IMG/VR virus record: IMGVR_UViG_3300021225_000313
Coordinates: 1-53,639 of that record
Strand: one strand, 5' to 3'
DNA from: a virus
Taxonomy: Duplodnaviria > Caudoviricetes
DNA length: 53,639 nt
Shown: one piece after another, positions 11,147 to 22,500 of the stretch
Numbering within the stretch: position 1 is the stretch's first letter
Layout of the letters: the number at the start of each line of letters is the position of its first letter
Notes under the pieces: generated by a model
The model's input: only the letters and a program-made list of their open reading frames with translations
Databases searched by the model: none
Told to the model about the DNA's origin: nothing
Position numbers and translations under genes: made by a program

Positions 11147-11896
11147 TTCAAAAGTATCTAAAAACTCTTTTCCTGATTTTTTATAACTATCTTTTGTTTC
11201 ATCTTTTGCATTATCAGTATATTGCCAATTCCAACATAATTCGTCTTTAACATCAAATCCATAAAACGTTAATACTTGTTTTTGCACTTTGACAACATCG
11301 GAACCTCTCCAATTTTGTCCGACTGCTATAATACCACAAGAAACATCTTTCATTAGATTTGATTCACCTAATGTTGAATGTCTATTTTCTAACCATGTTA
11401 ATCTTTCAATTAAGTTTTGATAATGTGCATTCATTTGACCCCATCTTATTGAACCAAAAAAAACAACACAATCGGATTCAAACATTTTTTTAGATATTTT
11501 CCATAGTTCATCATCAGGATTGTTTATGTTCCTCCAACACCTATGATGACCCGTAGGATTTTTATCTTTATCTTTCAATGAAGCCTTTTTTAATCCACAT
11601 TCATTACCTTTCATATGAGAAACATTTGCTTCACATGAATAAATTTTCAAATCTGGGACTTCAATTAATTCGCATTTTGATTTTCCTAAGTAGTCTTGTA
11701 TTGATTTTGCTAATAGTGTTGATTTTGCTTGTTCTTTCAGTTCCTTTACTGCCCATCCGCCTCGATTGGAAGTTGTAAGAAACAATATTTTGTTTTTATT
11801 TTCTAAAAACTTGATAGTTTTCACCAATTTTTTATAATGGACATCATTTTTTTTCAATGACGGGTCTATTTCTTCTAACAATTTTATTAATTCCAC
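11138..11896 (-). CDS. flavodoxin-like NAD(P)H-dependent FMN reductase family protein
   Basis: ILFLTTSNR, Cys cluster, SDCVVFFGSIRWG and LIERL. Confidence 0.7.
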   Translation of the reverse strand: MELIKLLEEIDPSLKKNDVHYKKLVKTIKFLENKNKILFLTTSNRGGWAVKELKEQAKSTLLAKSIQDYLGKSKCELIEVPDLKIYSCEANVSHMKGNECGLKKASLKDKDKNPTGHHRCWRNINNPDDELWKISKKMFESDCVVFFGSIRWGQMNAHYQNLIERLTWLENRHSTLGESNLMKDVSCGIIAVGQNWRGSDVVKVQKQVLTFYGFDVKDELCWNWQYTDNAKDETKDSYKKSGKEFLDTFELE

Positions 11897-11907
11897 AATA
11901 TTATTTT

Positions 11908-12432
11908 TTAACTTGCTGGTTTTATATTATTTTCATCAAAAACTATGTATTGTTTACCATATACGGCATATTTATCACCTGTGTCATTCCACCAATCATC
12001 AGCAATTATAATCCCATCATAACCTTCATTTATTAGTTTTTCCATAAATGTTTTTCTACCATTTTTGTCATGATAAACTTTATATACGTACCCACGCCAA
12101 AAACCATCTTCTATATAATATGGGTTTTCTAAATTAATATAATAAGGTTTACCCTCTCTTTTTTCCCTTCTTACTGACCAAGCAAAATCTTCTACTCCTT
12201 TTTTTGTTTCAGCAAACCAAATACCACCATTTTCTGGTATTAGTTTTAACCAACCCGCTCTCCATACTGGTTTTTGTACTTTACTATTTGAAAAGTCTTT
12301 ATCATTTGATAATTCAATGTTTTCGGAATCATCGTTTAGTTCTTCAATTAAACTGATGTTGAATATAGGTCTTTTTTTTATATTCATCATAGACTTAATT
12401 TTGTCTATTTCTTCATTTAATCTCAATTTCAT
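11908..12432 (-). CDS. ADP-ribosyltransferase-like (ART-PolyVal-like) protein with N-terminal leader
   Basis: GIWFA, YINLENPY, GYDGIII and YIVFDENNIK; leader MKLRLNEEIDKIKSMM. Confidence 0.55.
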   Translation of the reverse strand: MKLRLNEEIDKIKSMMNIKKRPIFNISLIEELNDDSENIELSNDKDFSNSKVQKPVWRAGWLKLIPENGGIWFAETKKGVEDFAWSVRREKREGKPYYINLENPYYIEDGFWRGYVYKVYHDKNGRKTFMEKLINEGYDGIIIADDWWNDTGDKYAVYGKQYIVFDENNIKPAS

Positions 12433-12436
12433 TGTT

Positions 12437-12751
12437 TTATTTTTTATTTTCAGTTTGTTGTGAGTATATGGATTTTTTATGTTCTTTAATTTTATTTTTG
12501 AGTTGATTTACAAGACTATGTGATGAATGTAAATTAGATGTTATTTTAGATAATCTACCGTTACACACGGTTTTTAAACCTTCAGGCACACATTCTTCTA
12601 ACTTCCTAAGTTCCTTTATTGTCTCATTCAAAGAGTTTTGTAATTCTTCAATTTTGTATTGTACTCTTGAAAATTCTTCTCTTTTCACTTTTGATGTTTC
12701 TTCAGAAATAACATTCAAAAAAGCCTTTTTTATATCGTTTTCGTTAATCAT
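12437..12751 (-). CDS. coiled-coil hypothetical protein
   Basis: Heptad-rich; start trimmed to MINEND, just downstream of a TATTTATA motif. Confidence 0.65.
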   Translation of the reverse strand: MINENDIKKAFLNVISEETSKVKREEFSRVQYKIEELQNSLNETIKELRKLEECVPEGLKTVCNGRLSKITSNLHSSHSLVNQLKNKIKEHKKSIYSQQTENKK

Positions 12752-12840
12752 AATTAATAACTTATTTATATAAATACTTTTTTTATAAGTATTTTTTTTA
12801 TTCAAAATATTTTTGTATTTTTTAATGTAAACTAAAAATC

Positions 12841-13866
12841 ATGCAAAATTTCGCTTTATTTGACTTTGATGACATTTTATTAGAACCATCGGTTTTATCT
12901 GAAATTTCAAGTAGAAAAGAAGTAAATCCATTTTATAATGGACATCTACCAATTATGACAGCACCTATGGATACTGTTATAAGTAACAAAAATGCACAAA
13001 TATTTCAAGAACATGGTGTCGTTACAGTGATGCCAAGAAACACTAAACAAATTTTTGGTATCGGTGATTTTTATTCTTATGGTTTAGATGAATTTATTGA
13101 AAAATATATAAATAAAAAAGTAATTATTGAAAATCAAGACTGCGTTTTGATTGATGTGGCTAATGGTCACATGAATAAACTATATTTTGCGTCGTATGAA
13201 GCAAAAAAACACTATAAAGACAAGTTAGTTTTAATGGTAGGTAATGTTGCGAATCCTCAAACATTTGACCAATATTGTCGAATCGGTGTTGATTATGTTA
13301 GAATAGGTATAGGTAATGGTGAAGGATGTCTCACAACTGTTCAGACAGGTGTTGGATACCCTATGGCATCATTGATTAAAGAATGTTATGACAAAAAAAG
13401 AACCCATAAATATAATACAAAAATCGTCGCAGATGGTGGGTTTAAAAAATACTCCGATATAATTAAAGGGTTGGCATTAGGGGCTGATTATATTATGCTA
13501 GGTTCAATATTGAATAAATGTTTAGAGAGTTGTGCCGAAACAACAAATCTAAAATATGAAGTCATTAATCAATATTCAAACGAAACAAGAAGATTATTTG
13601 ACGCGGATTCTTTATTCTATAAAACATTCCGAGGTATGAGTACAAAAGAAGTTCAAAAGGAATGGGGTAAAGAAAACATCAATACTTCTGAGGGAATCGT
13701 AAAATCACAGAAGGTTGAATACACGTTAGATGGTTGGGTAGAGAACTTTAAAGACTATCTCAAATCTGCTATGAGTTATTGTGGAAAAAAAGAACTCCAC
13801 CAATTTATAGGTGGAGTTAATTATAATATGATTACAAAAAATTCTTTTAATAGATTTAATAAGTAA
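12841..13866 (+). CDS. IMP dehydrogenase / GMP reductase family enzyme (no CBS domains)
   Basis: TAPMDTV, IDVANGH, GNVA, GIGNGEGCLT (catalytic Cys), ADGG, FRGMST and SEG. Confidence 0.9.
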   Translation: MQNFALFDFDDILLEPSVLSEISSRKEVNPFYNGHLPIMTAPMDTVISNKNAQIFQEHGVVTVMPRNTKQIFGIGDFYSYGLDEFIEKYINKKVIIENQDCVLIDVANGHMNKLYFASYEAKKHYKDKLVLMVGNVANPQTFDQYCRIGVDYVRIGIGNGEGCLTTVQTGVGYPMASLIKECYDKKRTHKYNTKIVADGGFKKYSDIIKGLALGADYIMLGSILNKCLESCAETTNLKYEVINQYSNETRRLFDADSLFYKTFRGMSTKEVQKEWGKENINTSEGIVKSQKVEYTLDGWVENFKDYLKSAMSYCGKKELHQFIGGVNYNMITKNSFNRFNK

Positions 13867-14112
13867 TTAAATATTAAAATCTTTTTCTTCTTTAGAAGAA
13901 AGTTCACCGTCTCTTTTCATTCCTTCTTTGATATATGTTCTAATTAATTTAGAGACAGACATGTTTTTATGATTTGCAACTTTTTCAATTTCTTTAAAAT
14001 ATGCTGGTACTACTCTAAAAGAAAGCATTTGTATCAATTGTTTGTGCTTTGGCATATCTGTAGTATGCTTTACACCTGATTCTTTATCTTTTAAATACGC
14101 TTTGGATGCCAT
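13867..14112 (-). CDS. putative ribbon-helix-helix DNA-binding protein
   Basis: LSFRV...IEKVA...MSVSKLIRTYI pattern. Confidence 0.6.
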   Translation of the reverse strand: MASKAYLKDKESGVKHTTDMPKHKQLIQMLSFRVVPAYFKEIEKVANHKNMSVSKLIRTYIKEGMKRDGELSSKEEKDFNI

Positions 14113-14183
14113 ATAAATGTGTATTTAATTATAAATATTAGGTTTTTCAATATAATTTTCTTAAATTTTAAAAAACAAAAAAT

Positions 14184-14540
14184 ATGTCAGAAGAAAAAAC
14201 TACAAAATCAACAGTCGTACAATCGATGGAAAGTCTTTATCCTGAAATGACTAGTGAATTTAAAAAAATCATGAGAGAACAATATGAGTTATTCTGTAAC
14301 AAAATGAATAATTATGGTAAGGGTAATATAATGCTTGGAGGTGATTGTGATAACCCTGATGATAGAAAAATGGCATTGATGGGTACTACGATTAGATTAA
14401 ATGACAAATCAAATCGGTTGGTTAATTTAATCTTAAAAAATAAAGAAAATACTGTCAATGAATCAGTTGAAGATACTTTTCAAGATATGGTCAATTATGC
14501 CATAATTTCTCTTATTGTTAATAGAGCGAAATGGAAATAA
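14184..14540 (+). CDS. DUF1599 / nucleotide modification associated domain 1-like protein
   Basis: KMNNYG, IRLNDKSNRL and ESVEDTFQDMVNYAII. Confidence 0.75.
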   Translation: MSEEKTTKSTVVQSMESLYPEMTSEFKKIMREQYELFCNKMNNYGKGNIMLGGDCDNPDDRKMALMGTTIRLNDKSNRLVNLILKNKENTVNESVEDTFQDMVNYAIISLIVNRAKWK

Positions 14541-14573
14541 ATACAGTTCAGTATTTATTTATAAATAAGAGTC

Positions 14574-14936
14574 ATGTCGATAAAATTAAATAACCCAACC
14601 TTTATGGCTTTCATAGACAATGTGAACTCAAGTGTTGTTAACCAAATTAACATGAAAAATTATTTCGGTTCAACTGTGGAGAATAAAATAAGTATTCAAC
14701 AGAATACTATGAAACAAATTAAAAGTTCAATTAATTTGAGGGCGAAAATAAGTGATGATGAATTAAGAAGTTTTATTACTATTCTATGGAAAAAAAATGA
14801 AGAAATGGAAATTTATGAGTTAGCACAAATATTATATGACATATCAAAAAACTTTGATTCTGTAAATGATTCAACAAAACCAAATAAAAGACAAAGTAAA
14901 GTTATAAAAACAGGTAAAAAAATTAATGAGGATTAA
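14574..14936 (+). CDS. hypothetical protein
   Basis: 120-aa ORF preceded by TATTTAT. Confidence 0.6.
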   Translation: MSIKLNNPTFMAFIDNVNSSVVNQINMKNYFGSTVENKISIQQNTMKQIKSSINLRAKISDDELRSFITILWKKNEEMEIYELAQILYDISKNFDSVNDSTKPNKRQSKVIKTGKKINED

Positions 14937-15345
14937 AAATTATGAAATAAAAAAAAAATATGCACAATTAACATTAAAATGGTGTAAAAAAAAATTTGGT
15001 AAATCACCAACAAAAAAAAGAAAACTAATTTTTGATTTTACAAATAAAGAAGGTTATTACGGTAAACAACCAATATATGGTAAATTTTGTTTTTCAAGAA
15101 ACAAAATAACAATTTATAGTCCTATGTGTGATACGTTGAATGAAATTGTATCAACAGTAATACATGAATACACACATTATTTGCAATCAGGATATCAATA
15201 TAGAATATATCAAAAAAAATATTACTACTCACAAAACCCTTATGAAAAACAAGCGAAAAAATATGAAAAGTTATATACTATAGAATGTATTAGATATATA
15301 CGTACTCAGTCTAAAACCTCTAAATCAGGTACTTCTTTCAAATAA
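14926..15345 (+). CDS. putative zincin metallopeptidase
   Basis: IHEYTH (HExxH) with downstream NPYEKQA. Confidence 0.7.
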   Translation: MRIKNYEIKKKYAQLTLKWCKKKFGKSPTKKRKLIFDFTNKEGYYGKQPIYGKFCFSRNKITIYSPMCDTLNEIVSTVIHEYTHYLQSGYQYRIYQKKYYYSQNPYEKQAKKYEKLYTIECIRYIRTQSKTSKSGTSFK

Positions 15346-15509
15346 TAAAGATATTCTACATTTTGTTCTGTAGTCTTTTTCAATACTAAATTACATTCTA
15401 ACAAAGTCATAAGTTCATGTACCTTTTCTGATTTGACTTGATTAATTTTAAATTTTCTATATAAGAAAAAAAGTTTGTTATTGTATTTAATTAATTCGTG
15501 ATTTATCAT
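15306..15509 (-). CDS. hypothetical protein
   Basis: 67-aa ORF coupled to the upstream gene by an ATGA overlap. Confidence 0.55.
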   Translation of the reverse strand: MINHELIKYNNKLFFLYRKFKINQVKSEKVHELMTLLECNLVLKKTTEQNVEYLYYLKEVPDLEVLD

Positions 15510-16063
15510 ATTGTTTTTTTAATTATATAATCATATATTTTTTTAACAGTATCGCAATCAACATCAAATTCAATAAAAGATATGTCGTTATCAACAAGAA
15601 GTTTTTTGATATTTTTGTCAATTTCAAGAGACTCTTCATAGTTTTGTAATCTACCATTTTCTTCAAATTTATTATTATTTCTTCTCAAGTAAATATTAAT
15701 ACTATCATATTTTTTAAATAAAGAAAATATAAACTTATCATACGTTTCATCATAAAAATTACTTGGATACGAATTTGAGTCATCATACCAATTCTTATAA
15801 ATTAAACCTAAAATTATTGGGGAATCTACAATAATATGTTCTACTTTACCATATAATCTACTAATATTTCTATGTTGATTTGCGGTAACAAAAAATTGGT
15901 CTTTGATAACTTCTACATTATTATCCCAAGACAATATTTTTGGAAATTCATATGTATTCTCAACATTATGTCCCCTTTTTTTCATATATGAAAATAATTC
16001 AGATGCGCAAGTTGATTTACCAACTGAAGGTCCACCGAATAAATTAATTAATAAACTTTTCAT
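15506..16063 (-). CDS. P-loop NTPase, NadR/nucleotide kinase-like
   Basis: INLFGGPSVGKST (Walker A), IIVDSP and GRLQ. Confidence 0.8.
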   Translation of the reverse strand: MKSLLINLFGGPSVGKSTCASELFSYMKKRGHNVENTYEFPKILSWDNNVEVIKDQFFVTANQHRNISRLYGKVEHIIVDSPIILGLIYKNWYDDSNSYPSNFYDETYDKFIFSLFKKYDSINIYLRRNNNKFEENGRLQNYEESLEIDKNIKKLLVDNDISFIEFDVDCDTVKKIYDYIIKKTI

Positions 16064-16132
16064 ATATAAAATATAATAAAAATATTTTTAATATGAAAGT
16101 TTTGATATTTATTGTAAAGAATTTTTTACAAC

Positions 16133-16447
16133 ATGGACACGAATTCAATTGCCACGGTTTTAGTTACTGCAATTACAGTTTTAGGTTCTGCAAAGGCTTG
16201 GAGTTACTATGAAAAGAAATTGATAAGCAAAGAAAAAAACGATAATTATTTAAAATATAATTGTGAAGAAAGAATCTCAAAATTAGAAAAATTGTTACAA
16301 AAAGCATCTCAAGAAAAAGATGAAATGAGAAGTACTATCTTAACTCTTACAAGTCAAGTTGCTGAGTTAAGAATTAAGGTCGAATACTTAGAGCACGAAA
16401 ACGAAGAATTAAAATCTTCAAAGAAAAGAAGAAATTTGGATGAATAA
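16133..16447 (+). CDS. membrane-anchored coiled-coil protein (possibly lysis related)
   Basis: N-terminal hydrophobic helix then heptad repeats; adjacent to the endolysin. Confidence 0.55.
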   Translation: MDTNSIATVLVTAITVLGSAKAWSYYEKKLISKEKNDNYLKYNCEERISKLEKLLQKASQEKDEMRSTILTLTSQVAELRIKVEYLEHENEELKSSKKRRNLDE

Positions 16448-17272
16448 TTATTTCAATAATTGATAATATTTTCTGAATTCGTGTATTCTATCTTGTAATC
16501 CGATACTTCCGCCGTTTACACATTTTGTGATGTTTGTAATTACAATATCTGAACTACCTGCATCACATTTTTTGAGACAGTTTTTACTGAAAAACCAAGC
16601 GGCAGATAATAATGGATATTTAGTTGCAACTAAATCAGGATTATCAACAACATTTTCATTTATCGCTTTACTAAATGCGGTATAGTTGTTCTTACCTGTC
16701 AACTGTATATACCCTCTACCCCTGTATTTATACCCTTCCTTGGTCTCTTCTGGTCCGTTACCCATTCTGTTACCATACACTCTTGATGCAATCTTTTCAG
16801 GTTGTTTCTGATAGGATTCAGATAAGTTCTCAGGAAAATATTTAGGAAAAACTCTCTTTAAACCATCTTTAGAATAATTCAAATTTTCTTGTGTGATTTT
16901 AAAACCACCAGATTCGTGTGCACATTGGGATAAAAAATGAGAGAGTCGTAATGGGGTGTTAATTTCAAATTTAGATATTGTATCAGGTAATTGATTGAAA
17001 ACAACTTCAGGAATATGACCTCTCAATTTTTCGATATTGACAGGTACATTGTTTTGAATTTGTGTTTGTTTGAGTGATTGTGGTTTTGGTAACTCAAACA
17101 TCTTTCTCCAAGTATTTTCACCAATTATACCATCAACAGATAAACCGTTTTGTTTTTGCCACATCTTTACGTGATTAGCAGTATTTGGACCAAAAATACC
17201 ATCAGGCACCAACCCTAATTTTTGTTGAACCTTTTTTACTTCTTCTCCTTTTGAACCAATTTTGAGTAACAT
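16448..17272 (-). CDS. endolysin: peptidoglycan-binding domain + GH19 catalytic domain
   Basis: DGIFGPNT and DGIIGENTW; FLSQCAHESGGF; YRGRGYIQLTG; VNGG. Confidence 0.9.
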   Translation of the reverse strand: MLLKIGSKGEEVKKVQQKLGLVPDGIFGPNTANHVKMWQKQNGLSVDGIIGENTWRKMFELPKPQSLKQTQIQNNVPVNIEKLRGHIPEVVFNQLPDTISKFEINTPLRLSHFLSQCAHESGGFKITQENLNYSKDGLKRVFPKYFPENLSESYQKQPEKIASRVYGNRMGNGPEETKEGYKYRGRGYIQLTGKNNYTAFSKAINENVVDNPDLVATKYPLLSAAWFFSKNCLKKCDAGSSDIVITNITKCVNGGSIGLQDRIHEFRKYYQLLK

Positions 17273-17278
17273 AACATA

Positions 17279-17590
17279 TTATTTATTTTCTTCTTTATTT
17301 GATTTTTTTGTACCAAAATAATATGAAAATATCATCAAGACCAAAGTCTTGATTAAATCAAATAATTGATTATTATTTTCATCTGTCAGTAATTTTATTT
17401 TAAATGCAATAACTTTATCGACAATAAACAATGACACAAGTGAAGTGAAAATTAATAATATAAATCTTACTAATATTTCTTGTGTGTCATTTGCAAAAAG
17501 TTTATTTACAAAATATAGAGAACCTATTATAAATGACATTGCTAATAGGACACCAAAAATCATTATATATGTATTATCTGAACTAAACAT
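17279..17590 (-). CDS. holin-like three-TM membrane protein
   Basis: Three hydrophobic helices, YYFG plus basic tail; directly upstream of the endolysin. Confidence 0.6.
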   Translation of the reverse strand: MFSSDNTYIMIFGVLLAMSFIIGSLYFVNKLFANDTQEILVRFILLIFTSLVSLFIVDKVIAFKIKLLTDENNNQLFDLIKTLVLMIFSYYFGTKKSNKEENK

Positions 17591-17636
17591 AAACTATAAT
17601 ATAAGTATTTATATATGAGTTATTTAAAAACTAATT

Positions 17637-18806
17637 ATGAAAAAATTTATTTTGACAGAAGTCCAAGTTGAAAATTTAGTAGAAATACTTCTTAATGAAC
17701 AAAATATTGGTGCAATTGATAGTTATTTGAATCAACAAAATGAAAAGATTAAAACCAAAGAATATCCCGTAACGAATAGTTTTGCTAGCGGACAATATCG
17801 AATAACAAATACAGAATCTTTAGATAACGCAATACAAGATATGATGAAAGAAATTCAATCCAAACCAAATATTGAATTTTATGTCATAATTGAATCCTCA
17901 GAATCCAAAGTACCGAATCGTAGTGCAACTTTTAATCCTGAAGATTTAAAACCAGGTCAAAAACAATTAGAACAAGGTGATTTATCTCGTTTGCGTTTGG
18001 AAAAAACCGAACAATATATTAAATCTAAAATACCTAACATAATAATTGAAAAAAAGGATTTAGGAGCACAAGGACCTGATTGGACAGGTAAACCTACGGA
18101 TACACCTGAAACAATAAAACAGTTAGCACGTTCTGAAGAATATTCAAGACATCAATATGTCAAGATAATATTATATGCAAAAGGTGAGAAAAATACACAA
18201 ATAAAAATATGTGATTATAAAGACGAATCAATTGGTGGTTATGGTGTACCTAATAATAACTTTATTGTTGGTAATCCAATAGTTAAAGACATGGGTGACG
18301 GTCAAGGTAAAATCGTTTTTAAATTTGACCCCGTAAAAGTACCTGATATATTCATTGTTGAATATAACGGTAAAAGTTACAGTACTAAATTAATTGGTGA
18401 TGACGCAATCTATTATAGATTGGCATATGGGACAATTATCGGTAATTACTATTTTGATAAAGAAAAACCTTGGTGGTTCAAAGAATTAAAATACAAAGAA
18501 ATTGATAGACGTTTAGCATTGGACTATATAAAGAGATATTCAGGACAATCAGATATATCCGATTACACACATGTGTTCGGACAAAAATATAAAGATTTGA
18601 AATCATTGTATAGTTCAAATGATATCAAACCTTTTATGTTAGATGCGGGACAAATACAACCTTACAATACTGATTCCAAAAGTTGGTCTGAATCTAATTG
18701 GGCAATAACTATTGACAAGTCTTATTCAGTCAATATTGTAAAATTTTATACGATTGGGGTTATTGGTCAAACTCGTTGGACTTTGCAAACGGAGTGTGTC
18801 AAATAA
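17637..18806 (+). CDS. hypothetical protein with shared N-terminal leader
   Basis: MKKFILTEVQVENLVEILLNE; TATTTATA at 17606. Confidence 0.75.
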   Translation: MKKFILTEVQVENLVEILLNEQNIGAIDSYLNQQNEKIKTKEYPVTNSFASGQYRITNTESLDNAIQDMMKEIQSKPNIEFYVIIESSESKVPNRSATFNPEDLKPGQKQLEQGDLSRLRLEKTEQYIKSKIPNIIIEKKDLGAQGPDWTGKPTDTPETIKQLARSEEYSRHQYVKIILYAKGEKNTQIKICDYKDESIGGYGVPNNNFIVGNPIVKDMGDGQGKIVFKFDPVKVPDIFIVEYNGKSYSTKLIGDDAIYYRLAYGTIIGNYYFDKEKPWWFKELKYKEIDRRLALDYIKRYSGQSDISDYTHVFGQKYKDLKSLYSSNDIKPFMLDAGQIQPYNTDSKSWSESNWAITIDKSYSVNIVKFYTIGVIGQTRWTLQTECVK

Positions 18807-19007
18807 AACTATTTCTTTTGTGTTAAACAACGAATCGTAATACCCAATTATCGTTGTTTTTATACTTTTAGATACAGAAACGTGATATAATATCACGTTT
18901 TTTTTATATATGTTAGACAATGAGTCTAAAACAGTTATTTTGTTCTTATCTTGTCCAACTGTTTCTTTCAAGAAAAAAAACGATAAGACTAATAAATACC
19001 GTTTCAT
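18726..19007 (-). CDS. putative exported protein
   Basis: MKRYLLVLSFFF signal-like start; TTTG-N20-TAATTTTG promoter upstream on the minus strand. Confidence 0.5.
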   Translation of the reverse strand: MKRYLLVLSFFFLKETVGQDKNKITVLDSLSNIYKKNVILYHVSVSKSIKTTIIGYYDSLFNTKEIVLFDTLRLQSPTSLTNNPNRIKFYNID

Positions 19008-19071
19008 TTTACTTTGCTTTATAGACAAAATTATAAAACAATAATCAATTTACCAAAAAAATTTTATTTTT

Positions 19072-19500
19072 TTAGGTATTATGTGTTCCACAGTATGGAC
19101 AAATAGGTAGTGACTTTTTACCCTTGTGAATAGTCTGAGTGAAAAGTTTCTTACAATTCCGACATTTTATGAACTTTTCGGTTTTTTCCTTTTTATCACC
19201 CATTTCGTGTATTTCTTTTTTGTTTGAAATCATTTTGTCCACTGCATTTGTAAATTTAAAACATTTTTCCGAGATTTCACCAGCTTCATGGTCAAACATG
19301 GTCAGTTTTACAGAATCATATTTTACAACCATATCAGGGTGGTGATTTTGTTTTTTTGCAATTTCAGCAACATCATTCACAAATTCAATAACCTCACCAT
19401 AATCCTCAAATCTATAGGTTTTGGTTAACTTCCCATTAACTTGTTTCCAACTTGACTTTTGTAAATTATCTAATTGATTTTCTGTTATAATTATTCTCAT
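19072..19500 (-). CDS. pterin-4-alpha-carbinolamine dehydratase-like protein with leader and C-terminal zinc ribbon
   Basis: LTKTYRF, NHHPD and FDHEAG; CxxC...CxxC; leader MRIIITENQL. Confidence 0.8.
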   Translation of the reverse strand: MRIIITENQLDNLQKSSWKQVNGKLTKTYRFEDYGEVIEFVNDVAEIAKKQNHHPDMVVKYDSVKLTMFDHEAGEISEKCFKFTNAVDKMISNKKEIHEMGDKKEKTEKFIKCRNCKKLFTQTIHKGKKSLPICPYCGTHNT

Positions 19501-19505
19501 TTTAA

Positions 19506-22500
19506 TTACATTACTTTTCTTAAAAATTGAATTATTTCTAAAATTTCTTCTTTAGTCATTGGAAGTGTACCTTTATAAGAATCTAATGCAGTTGTAATAA
19601 ATTCGTCTGGAATCATTTTTAAAAAATCAGGATTTTTAGAAGATTTTTTAATTATTTTATTTAAAGACGATGAGTCATCTAAGTTTTCTATCATTTTTGG
19701 CAATACCTTTTTAAAATACACGTCATTTGCGTAAAAATACTTTGTATGTGTACCAACATCACTATAATCTATTGTAATACCACCATCATCTTGTACTGTT
19801 AATGAATCTGTTCCAAATACACTCTTAGGTATATGTTGCATCATAATTTTAACAACTGCTGCGGGTGGTTTAATGAAACCAAATCTTTTACATAAAGTAG
19901 AATTCAATTTTTCAGGAGCGGCTCCCCATACAGGTTCATTTAATGATAGTAACTCTCTCATCCCCACACCAATACCTGAAAATTCTCCTGCAGAACCATT
20001 TAATTTATTTAAATTGTCTCTTTGTTTTCTAACTGCAACAAAACCTTTATCTTTCAGACCATAAAATGTCCATGACCTTGCTCTACTATAAAATTTATCT
20101 TTAGACCATGCGGTTCCTGTTGATTTCAAATATGCATCTCTAAATATGGAATAAATTCTTTCTTTTTCTGTTGGTGATAATTCATCAAATCTAAATTCTT
20201 CTTCACTTACTATTTCTTTCATGTCGCCAGTTTTACTTTTATAGTATTCTAATTCATGTGGTTGAAGATTAAATCCTCTCTTCATTTTTACATTAATTAA
20301 ATTATTTTTTTCTTCATCAGATAAATAACTAAACACATCTTTATCAGTCTTAACACCAATACTCAAAATTGCATTTAATAAACGTTTAGGAAAATCATCA
20401 AATTGATGTTTAGTTATATTTAAACCTTTTGACAATCTACTTGAAACGAATGCAATCTTTTCTTTAGTATCTAATTTGTTATAAGATTCGTCACCAAATT
20501 CATCTGTTTTTGCTAAATAAGATAACTTTCTATCTTTTTCTAAATAAGCTAATTCATCATCACTTAATCTTCGTCCTCCTCTGTATACCTTAGCATAATA
20601 TTTAGATTTCAAAGGTCCTGTTAATGAATCTATTTGTGATGGTGTCATTGATTTATAATGTAAATCGATGTATTTTGATTTAACATCATCAGATACTGAT
20701 ACGAATTCCTCATCTGTTAATTTCGCACCTCTTTCTATTTTTATCTTAAATCTTATGTTTTTTGCATCATCAGAAAGTTTAGACGCAAGGTCTTCATCAT
20801 CTATAATTGTAACATATTTGAAATAAAATTCTTGAGTACCTAATGGTAATTGTATTAAAATATCTATAGGGATTATTTGTCTTTTTTTCTCAACAAGGAA
20901 CTTGTAATATACTAATTTTTTTTCAGGAGGTAATGCATCAATCGCAGGACCACTAATTAATCCTCTTGATATTAGTTCATCTAATCTACTATCATCTATA
21001 TATTTCATCAATTCGACATGAAATTTCATATCACGTCTATATGGTGTGTAATATAAATTACAATACATCTTTAATAACTTTTCTGGAGTTTCAGATATTT
21101 GATTTTTTGTGATTGCTTTCAGAGTCATTAGATATTCTGTTTTACCATCTAAATCTAATAATGAATATTCTTCATCACTCAGTACATAACCCCTCTTAAC
21201 TTTGTTTAAAATATTGAGAATTTTTAAACTTTCATCTTCATCAACAAAATAAAAATCTTCAAAAATATGAAATCCTCGAAATAATGATTTTTTAGTTTCA
21301 AAATCACATAATTTGAATTCATCATATGTAATTGATGATACTCTATCTCTTGCAACTTTTCCTAAGATATATGATTTTATAAATGATGGAGAAGATTTTT
21401 TTAATGTTTCAATATCTATACTTACTGCGTATTTTTTTACGTATACTTCAAATAAAGATTCGTCTGAGTATATTAATTTTTCTTCAGCACTACTTATATA
21501 GTCTCTTGAATCTATTTTGACTTTTAAATATTTTATTCTATTTTCGGGTGTTAATTTATTTACTATTGATATTGGTAATGATTTGTGATAATTGTAATAA
21601 TCAATAATTTGGTCATTATCCAAATACATCAGTTGTTGTTCTGTTAATATGAATTTTTTTGTGACTAATGCATTTTTTAAGTATAAATTTCTTAAATTTT
21701 CATCAATCAATTTAAACATTTCATCATTCAACTTAAAACCTATCTCAACATATTTTAGTTTTTGTTCATCATTAAAATATTTAAACAAAGTAGATTCAGA
21801 TAATAATGACACTTTATCATCTAATATCTTGTCAAAATATATAGACAAATCATTTTTATCAAATAAACTCAATTCATCTTCAGACAAAACACCATAAAAT
21901 TTAGTTAAATATAATTTTTTAATATCGTCTGATAAATTTTTTAAAGTTTCATAATTTAATTTTTCATTATATGAGATTTTACTTTTTGATTTAATAAAAT
22001 ACTCATCATAATACAACTTAATTTCGGGTTTCAATGATTCTTTTAAACTACCAATTTTATGACTTCTTTTAATAACTGAGTCAATATACACTTTTTGTAA
22101 TTCAGTATCTAACCCTTCTAAAATTTCTTCATCAATAGTTCTAAATCCTTCATTTATAATATATACTTTTTTCAGTTCATCATCTAATAAATCGAATTGA
22201 CCTTTTGATAAAATGTATCCACCATCTCTACTAATTACTTTTAACTTAGTTTCCCTATCAATTTTTTTGAATTGTTCTATAGTTAAAGACTGACCATTTT
22301 TTATTTTTATATTTAAAATATCTATTTGTTGTTTTTCAGGTAATTCATCAAATTTTATTGTTGTATTTTTTCGGTATAACATTGTATCTGAAAACCCACC
22401 TCTTTGGGTCACAAAATTTACCGCATCATGAGGTTTTTCAGATAATATAATCTTACCATTTGTTATTGATTTTAATTTATCCTCAACCTGTTTTAAATTT

